Below are positions 57,930 through 64,000 of a stretch of 64,000 nucleotides of DNA, piece by piece. The notes under the pieces were generated by a model. The model was given only the letters and a program-made list of their open reading frames with translations. It ran no database searches and was not told the DNA's origin. The stretch is from a virus. The position numbers and the translations under genes are program-made. Numbering within the stretch: the stretch's first letter is position 1; each line of letters starts with the position of its first letter. The DNA lies in the IMG/VR virus record IMGVR_UViG_3300025626_000015, positions 1 through 64,000 of that record. One strand, given 5' to 3'.

Positions 57930-58205
57930 ATGGCAGCCCCAAGAACAAAATATTCAATACAAGCAAGAATAAAATATAAAGGTAATTTAGTTGACGTTTT
58001 AGATAGAATACGAGCTATACGTATGGTATTAATGGTTCATATAGAACAAGATTTAGGCAAAGGATCTGAATTAATAACAATAAAAGTTTTATCTCCATAT
58101 TCAGCTAAAAAAACGTTTCAAGCAATTCAACAATTAAGTACAAGAAAAATTGAGACATTGGAACAAATGGCATTATTAAATAGTACACTAACAAAATTAC
58201 AATAA
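57930..58205 (+). CDS. hypothetical late protein
   Basis: 91-aa ORF downstream of ATATTTATA. Confidence 0.65.
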   Translation: MAAPRTKYSIQARIKYKGNLVDVLDRIRAIRMVLMVHIEQDLGKGSELITIKVLSPYSAKKTFQAIQQLSTRKIETLEQMALLNSTLTKLQ

Positions 58206-58217
58206 GAAAGAATTATA

Positions 58218-59444
58218 ATGGCAGATTATAGTGTAAGTAAACCAATTTGGCCTGGAAGTTCATCTTTCACAACAGGATCAACACCATTTGGGTTTTTTGA
58301 TACAGATCCAATGTTCCAAACTCAAGCAGATAGTTTTGCAAATCACGCAGCACAAAACGTTGGATATCCAATTATGGATGTAGAACTACTAGATATAAAC
58401 TTTTATAATGCATTTGAATCATCTGTGATTGAATATTCAAATCAAGTTAATCAAGTTAATATTGCCAATAACTTATTAAACACATTAGGTATACAAACAG
58501 GATCTAATTTTTTAACAGATAACTCTTTTACTGACACATTAATAGGATCATCACTATCATATATTACAAAATTATCAAAAACATATGGTACGGAAGCTGA
58601 TTCTGGTGGTAATTTAAAATGGTATTCTGCTTCAATTGCAATTAAGCCAGGACAACAAACATATAGTATAAGAACAGCGGTATCAGAAAGTTTAGGAATT
58701 ATATTATCAAATACTAGTTCAATTGAAATTAAACGGGTTTTACATAATGTTCCTCCAGCTATTATAAGATATTTTGATCCATTTGTAGGAACAGGCTTAG
58801 GCTCTCAAAATTTAATGGATGCATTTGACTTTGGAGGATTTTCTCCGTCAGTTAATTTTATGATGATGCCATTACATCAAGATTTATTAAGAATACAAAC
58901 TATAGAATTTAATGATAGAATTAGAAAATCACATTTTTCTTTTGAAATACATGGTGATGATATAAGATTATATCCAACTCCTGGAACAACTGGAACTGCT
59001 GCAAGTCCATTTTATAAAAACGTTTGGTTTGAATTTTTATTTGAAGAAAAGAAAGCTGATGAAGCTATATTATTCGGTAATGCAGCTGCTATGACCGGAG
59101 CAGTATCAGACGGATCTAATATTCCATATACATATCAAAAATATTCTCAAATCAATGACGTAGGAAGATCATGGATATTTAGATATGGGTCTGCATTAGT
59201 GAAAGAAATGTTAGGATACGTACGAAGTAAATATTCTTCAGTACCAATTCCAAATTCAGAAGTAACATTAAACGGATCAGAATTAGTAACACAAGGTCAA
59301 TCTGAAAAAGACGCATTAATTACGCAATTACGAGAATTTCTAGACAAACTAACAAAGGAAAGTATGATGACACGACAACAAGCTGAAAATGATGCAATGA
59401 ATGAAGTTTTGTCAAAGATACCAACTAAAATATACGTAGGATAA
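58218..59444 (+). CDS. neck protein (T4 gp13-like)
   Basis: GYP..DVEL; WI.RY..ALVKE.LG.VRSKY...P...VTLNG. Confidence 0.8.
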   Translation: MADYSVSKPIWPGSSSFTTGSTPFGFFDTDPMFQTQADSFANHAAQNVGYPIMDVELLDINFYNAFESSVIEYSNQVNQVNIANNLLNTLGIQTGSNFLTDNSFTDTLIGSSLSYITKLSKTYGTEADSGGNLKWYSASIAIKPGQQTYSIRTAVSESLGIILSNTSSIEIKRVLHNVPPAIIRYFDPFVGTGLGSQNLMDAFDFGGFSPSVNFMMMPLHQDLLRIQTIEFNDRIRKSHFSFEIHGDDIRLYPTPGTTGTAASPFYKNVWFEFLFEEKKADEAILFGNAAAMTGAVSDGSNIPYTYQKYSQINDVGRSWIFRYGSALVKEMLGYVRSKYSSVPIPNSEVTLNGSELVTQGQSEKDALITQLREFLDKLTKESMMTRQQAENDAMNEVLSKIPTKIYVG

Positions 59445-59446
59445 AA

Positions 59447-59968
59447 ATGGCATTATTTGGTACTCAACGTGATGCAAAATTTTTAGCATCTATTAATGCA
59501 GAATTATTAAATGCAATAGTTGATACTGAAATAGAATTTTATAAATTAATAATCGAAGATTCAAATTCTAATATATACGGCGAATCAGTTAACAAAACAT
59601 ATTTTAATTATATATTAATTCCAGCTTTAATTACTAAAGAAGGAAAAACTTCTGAAATGGACGATTATGGTCACACATATACACGTACCGCTCAATTTGG
59701 AATATCTAGAGATATTTTAGAAAAAGCTTCATTTTATCCGGAAGTTGGAGATATTATCAAATGGGATAATGAATTTTATGAATTAGACAATGTAGATGCA
59801 AATCAATATTTCGCCGGCAAGAATCCTGACACATGGGCTAATGGTAATAAATTTGGATATAGCGTATCTGTTTTATGTGATGCTCACGTAACAAGACAAA
59901 CTCCAGCTAATATTAGAAAAATGAAATTTGGTGTAACAGATGATAAACAATCATATAAAGGATTTTAA
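59447..59968 (+). CDS. head completion/neck protein (T4 gp14-like)
   Basis: NIYGES..K, PEVGDII.W...YE; follows the gp13-like gene. Confidence 0.65.
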   Translation: MALFGTQRDAKFLASINAELLNAIVDTEIEFYKLIIEDSNSNIYGESVNKTYFNYILIPALITKEGKTSEMDDYGHTYTRTAQFGISRDILEKASFYPEVGDIIKWDNEFYELDNVDANQYFAGKNPDTWANGNKFGYSVSVLCDAHVTRQTPANIRKMKFGVTDDKQSYKGF

Positions 59969-61203
59969 TGTCTAGATTTAAAAATTTTAATATAGATCGA
60001 AAACAAGACAAACCAGAATTGCGTAATTCTGAATCTGTTAGAGATGATCAAACATTTGATAGATCTTCACAAATTCGAAGAGATGATGATGTAATTAAAA
60101 CTCCTAGAAGAACCGTTTACAATATTGACTATGCATTAAAATGGTTTATAGAAAATTCAATACAACCTAAAATAACTGGAGCTGATAACAAATTAATTGA
60201 TGTTCCTGTAATTTATTCTAATGCAGAAAAGTGGGATAGTGTAAGAAGATTAGGTTATATACGAGATGAAAAAGGAATGTTACAATCTCCATTAATAATA
60301 TTAAAAAGAAATTCAATACAAGAAAGAGATCAATTAAAAAAGTTAGACGTTAATCGATTTGTACCTGGAAATAGTATTATATATAAACAACAATATAATT
60401 CTAGAAATCAATATATTGATCAAATATTCCCTATACCAGCTATACCAAAAGAAAATTCTGCAGAATTATATTCAGTCAATATACCGGAATATATTGATGT
60501 AGAATACGATCTTTTAATGTGGACTGATTTTACAACACAAATGAATGAATTAATAGAACAATTAATGCCATATGGCGGATTTGCATGGGGAAATGAATCT
60601 AATAAATATCGAACACATATAAGAAATTTAAGTTTCGAAACTGTAAATACAGTAGGAAATGATCGATTAGTTAGATGTACAGCTCCATTAACAGTTAATG
60701 GTACATTATTAGGAGAACAAGAATACAGATTATCAACAATACAAAAAAAATATTCTTTAAAACAATTAACATGGGATTTTGTAGTAGATGCAGATGAATT
60801 ATTTAATACAACCGATTTTGGCTCTTTATTACCAGCAGCTTCTCCCGAATTACCTGTTAGTTCACTAGTAAGAATAACAACCCCTGGAGGTGGCACTCCT
60901 ATAATAATAAACCCAGATCTTATGGAATATATAACAAAATTAAGAGAAGTAGTAGGCACTGCTCAAAACTCAACAACTGTCACTGTAAATGACACTGCAG
61001 GAACTAATCCATCAACATTAACAGTTGCTACAAAAGCAGAGTTTGATATTTATGTTAATGGTCAATATGTAGACAAAGCTTTATATACATGGACGCCGGC
61101 GTTAACTAGTCCACAAACAGTTGTTTTTAATACTGGTACAATGGGATATGATTTAGATACCGAAGATATAATTATAATAAATGGCAGATGGTCGTTAATT
61201 TAA
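59968..61203 (+). CDS. tail terminator/sheath stabiliser (T4 gp15-like) with C-terminal extension
   Basis: VPVIY..AEKW, P.Y.DVEY.L..WT....MNELIEQ. Confidence 0.65.
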   Translation: MSRFKNFNIDRKQDKPELRNSESVRDDQTFDRSSQIRRDDDVIKTPRRTVYNIDYALKWFIENSIQPKITGADNKLIDVPVIYSNAEKWDSVRRLGYIRDEKGMLQSPLIILKRNSIQERDQLKKLDVNRFVPGNSIIYKQQYNSRNQYIDQIFPIPAIPKENSAELYSVNIPEYIDVEYDLLMWTDFTTQMNELIEQLMPYGGFAWGNESNKYRTHIRNLSFETVNTVGNDRLVRCTAPLTVNGTLLGEQEYRLSTIQKKYSLKQLTWDFVVDADELFNTTDFGSLLPAASPELPVSSLVRITTPGGGTPIIINPDLMEYITKLREVVGTAQNSTTVTVNDTAGTNPSTLTVATKAEFDIYVNGQYVDKALYTWTPALTSPQTVVFNTGTMGYDLDTEDIIIINGRWSLI

Positions 61204-61221
61204 TAATCAAGGAATACTAAA

Positions 61222-61446
61222 ATGGCAAGAAGAATTCGAGGAAAACAATTAGCAAAACATTTGGTATTAACAGGATCATTATCAATATCAGGTTCCGGAT
61301 CTACATTACCTAATTCAGCATCATTATCAATTGACGGGGGAGTAAACAGAAGTGATTCTGCAACAGATCAAATCTTAGGAAATTTTGATGCTGGAACGTT
61401 TCATGATGACCTACCGGCTTCTGGAAATAAACAAGTAATAATTTAA
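61222..61446 (+). CDS. small hypothetical virion protein
   Basis: LTGSLSISGS, FDAGTF. Confidence 0.55.
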   Translation: MARRIRGKQLAKHLVLTGSLSISGSGSTLPNSASLSIDGGVNRSDSATDQILGNFDAGTFHDDLPASGNKQVII

Positions 61447-61511
61447 TAGTTTTTAATAATAGTTTTATATTTATATTAAATATTCAAAACACAACAAAAG
61501 GATTTTAATCA

Positions 61512-64000
61512 ATGTCTCAAATTATTCAGCATCGTAGAGGTAGTTTAGGTAATATCAAATCACTAAATACCAACGGCCCAATACATAGAGGTGAAATATT
61601 AGTAGCCACCGGATCTTTATATATATCTTCCGGATCATCTGACTCAGATAATTATCATTTATCCGCATCAATTTTCTTTGGAGGATCATTAACTCCTTCC
61701 GGAAATGAATACAAAGCATTAACACAAGTTATAAGTGGTTCTGGATTACCTTCTGTAACAACTGGAACATATGGAAGATCATTGGATGGTATTTTATATA
61801 TTAATACCGACGATAATAAATTATATAGATTAGTAGCTGAAGTAGATGCAAATCCTGCAACATCTGGAAACTTTACTGGATCTCATCAATTAATATCCGG
61901 AGGAGGCGGAGGCGGAGGATCTTCTGATTATCCTTCTATAGGAACACCAGATGATGGAACATATACTGATGGTGTATTTCCATTCACTTCTACCACGACA
62001 ATTGCAAATGCTATAGATCAAATAAATGAAGTATTAAAAGTAATTGCTCCATCTTCACCACCAAATTATCAAGGATTAAGTTTTGCTGCTAGTGGAACTA
62101 TCACCGGAAAATTATCTTTTGGTGATAATCATGCTATATCTGGTTACACAAATGTTGGAGACAATATTGGTCAAACATATGGTGGCTCTGATTATGCTAG
62201 TATTCAAACAGTTGTATTCGCAACGTCATCAGATGTACCATCTGTTGTTGCATCCGATAACACCGGTGGTTTTAAAGGAATATATGGAGATCCTAGTTCA
62301 ACTACAGGAACTGTTAATGATATTGCAACAAGATTAGGTAAAGGTAATCCTGCAGTAAGTGCTGGATCAAATGGATCATATGTTCAATATGCAGTAGGTG
62401 ATGGAAAAATTGGTGTTATGGCATTATATTTAAATGGAGCAAGATTTTTAACAGCTTCACTTTCTGGATCTGATGCAGCAGGTGTAGCTCAAATACAAGA
62501 TACAACTAGTAATGGTTCTAATTTAACATTATCAGCAACACAAAGTGTATTTTTTAGTGACGGAATAGCAAAACTAGAAGGAGCTGAATATAGAACATTT
62601 ACATATTCAATTGCCACTGCAGATATGAGAAATGGTCATAACTATCTAACTGTTAGACATGAATTAGCAGGAAGTACAAGAACAGCTACTAAACATGATT
62701 GGATTCATGACAATTTTTCAGGAACTATGGCTGCAACAGATAATGCAACTCATCCAATAACATCTTCATTGAGTGCAGCTCAAGGATTTGACACATCCAA
62801 AGTTCATTCTGTATCTGGAATTAAATTTTATACTCCAGGATTTGGAGCTAGTCTAGTTCAAGCATATACATCATCATTTACTGGAATATATCAAAATGTA
62901 TATCCATCAGCAACATCGGCTATTACAATGGGATCAAACAACATGACCATTGATTCTAGTACTAAAAAGATTGAAGGAAGTAAAATATCAACATTAACTG
63001 GAGCTTCTGCAAATAAATTTCCAGATTTAGATATAGCAAATCATCCAACTACCACAGAAGATAGTAACATGACAATGTCATTTGCAGCAACTGTCGATAT
63101 TACAGACACAGGCGTATTTCATGCACCAGGAAGTGGTACTACAAATGCTGCATGTTCATTTGGATTTAGTTCCGCAGTAACTCCATTGATGAGATCTGGT
63201 TTAAGTGCTCCATCGATTACAAATGAAAATAGATATTATTATAACTCAATTACATCTGGATCAACTAGCGAAGCTTATATTGAAACATTTAGAGGAGAAA
63301 TTTATAGACAAGCATATTCTGCTAATAGTATAGGATCAACATCTAATACATGGAATGGAACTACAGATTTATCTAATAGCACAGCAGGAGCGGTCCAAGC
63401 AGTACAATTTCAAACTAAACTAATAGATATAAAATCAGCTGGTAATAGTGGTGTTTTCACAACATTCCACGGTCCTTCTGGTCAACCAACATATTCTGCA
63501 GGTAATGTAGCTTCTGGAGACAGATCATATGTTAGATATTTTAAAGCTCCATTTGCATCTGGATATAAAGAATTTGCTATAGAATTTGTAGGCTCCGGAA
63601 AAATTGTTCCTGACGGATCATCATTATTTCAAGCCGATGATGAATATTTCAAAGTTCAAGTAATGAGAGGAACGACAGCTAATGGTGCTGGGGCTGGTGT
63701 AGCCAATGCATGGGCTGATCCAGTAGGAAATGGAACATTTTCTAGACTAAACACTTTAAATACTTCAAATCATTATGTACCATTAGCATCTTCAACTAGT
63801 AACATTAGTTATACTGAAAATGTTACTTTATCAGGAGGAACAACTGTACCAACCGGTGTTATTCCATGGAAAGACAACGCCGGCGGAGTTGTATCAGCTA
63901 ATGATATAATTGGTATTCATATTATATTGCCAGAAGGGTTTACCGGAAATATTGATGCTATAGCATTTAATTATACAAACGTTACATCAGGTAATGATGG
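61512..64000 (+). CDS. large tail-fibre-like protein, 3'-truncated by the window edge (not in ORF track)
   Basis: MSQIIQHRRGS...GEI N-terminus typical of fibre anchors; ATATTTATA motif upstream. First ~180 codons read stop-free; absence from the ORF track is consistent with no stop before 64000. Confidence 0.75.
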   Translation, partial: MSQIIQHRRGSLGNIKSLNTNGPIHRGEILVATGSLYISSGSSDSDNYHLSASIFFGGSLTPSGNEYKALTQVISGSGLPSVTTGTYGRSLDGILYINTDDNKLYRLVAEVDANPATSGNFTGSHQLISGGGGGGGSSDYPSIGTPDDGTYTDGVFPFTSTTTIANAIDQINEVLKVIAPSSPPNYQGLSFAASGTITGKLSFGDNHAISGYTNVGDNIGQTYGGSDYASIQTVVFATSSDVPSVVASDNTGGFKGIYGDPSSTTGTVNDIATRLGKGNPAVSAGSNGSYVQYAVGDGKIGVMALYLNGARFLTASLSGSDAAGVAQIQDTTSNGSNLTLSATQSVFFSDGIAKLEGAEYRTFTYSIATADMRNGHNYLTVRHELAGSTRTATKHDWIHDNFSGTMAATDNATHPITSSLSAAQGFDTSKVHSVSGIKFYTPGFGASLVQAYTSSFTGIYQNVYPSATSAITMGSNNMTIDSSTKKIEGSKISTLTGASANKFPDLDIANHPTTTEDSNMTMSFAATVDITDTGVFHAPGSGTTNAACSFGFSSAVTPLMRSGLSAPSITNENRYYYNSITSGSTSEAYIETFRGEIYRQAYSANSIGSTSNTWNGTTDLSNSTAGAVQAVQFQTKLIDIKSAGNSGVFTTFHGPSGQPTYSAGNVASGDRSYVRYFKAPFASGYKEFAIEFVGSGKIVPDGSSLFQADDEYFKVQVMRGTTANGAGAGVANAWADPVGNGTFSRLNTLNTSNHYVPLASSTSNISYTENVTLSGGTTVPTGVIPWKDNAGGVVSANDIIGIHIILPEGFTGNIDAIAFNYTNVTSGND

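Noticed and set aside
62083-62337. 84-aa + strand ORF
   Set aside because: Out of frame inside the long gene starting at 61512.
1-64000. Stop-codon reassignment
   Set aside because: Core genes are full length in code 11, and TAG and TGA both end genes at sensible, often overlapping, positions.
1-64000. tRNA genes, introns, inteins
   Set aside because: No cloverleaf or T-loop motif noticed in intergenic gaps; terminase, primase, portal and capsid show no intein-sized insertions. Not verified with tRNAscan or Infernal.

Overview
This 64-kb window is AT-rich and almost entirely + strand. It is a segment of a large T4-like (myovirus-type) phage genome. The host is probably Bacteroidota, judged from a DUF4494-like gene, two Hc1-like genes and a bS21 gene inside the head module. 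From left to right: (1) a G-skewed block with a sigma70-family sigma factor, an AAA ATPase and three copies of a promoter cassette; (2) a 12-tract G-quadruplex-like element near 2.7 kb, where strand composition changes; (3) a 4.2-12 kb array of translationally coupled genes with unrelated bodies behind a shared N-terminal leader, MIKLKxxLxE or MxxLxxxMKRxxTKNxxEQ; (4) accessory genes (CAP protein, Hsp20, HD hydrolase); (5) a gp55-like late sigma factor and a baseplate/tail block; (6) endonuclease I, primase and a fused Mre11-Rad50; (7) terminase, portal, prohead protease, bS21, scaffold, major capsid, neck and tail-completion genes, then a long fibre-like gene running off the end. The best candidate for an undescribed system is the leader array. 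The leader ends in a prohead-protease-type L-x-E site and resembles a capsid-targeting sequence. Its cargos include a pre-toxin/ADP-ribosyltransferase, a caspase-fold domain, an OmpA-like domain and, at 34.7 kb, a kinase. A chimeric recombination scar shows the cassettes being shuffled. Two promoter classes are visible: TWKGAH-N17-TATWWT and ATATTTATW. All protein calls come from motif recognition by eye; no database searches were run.
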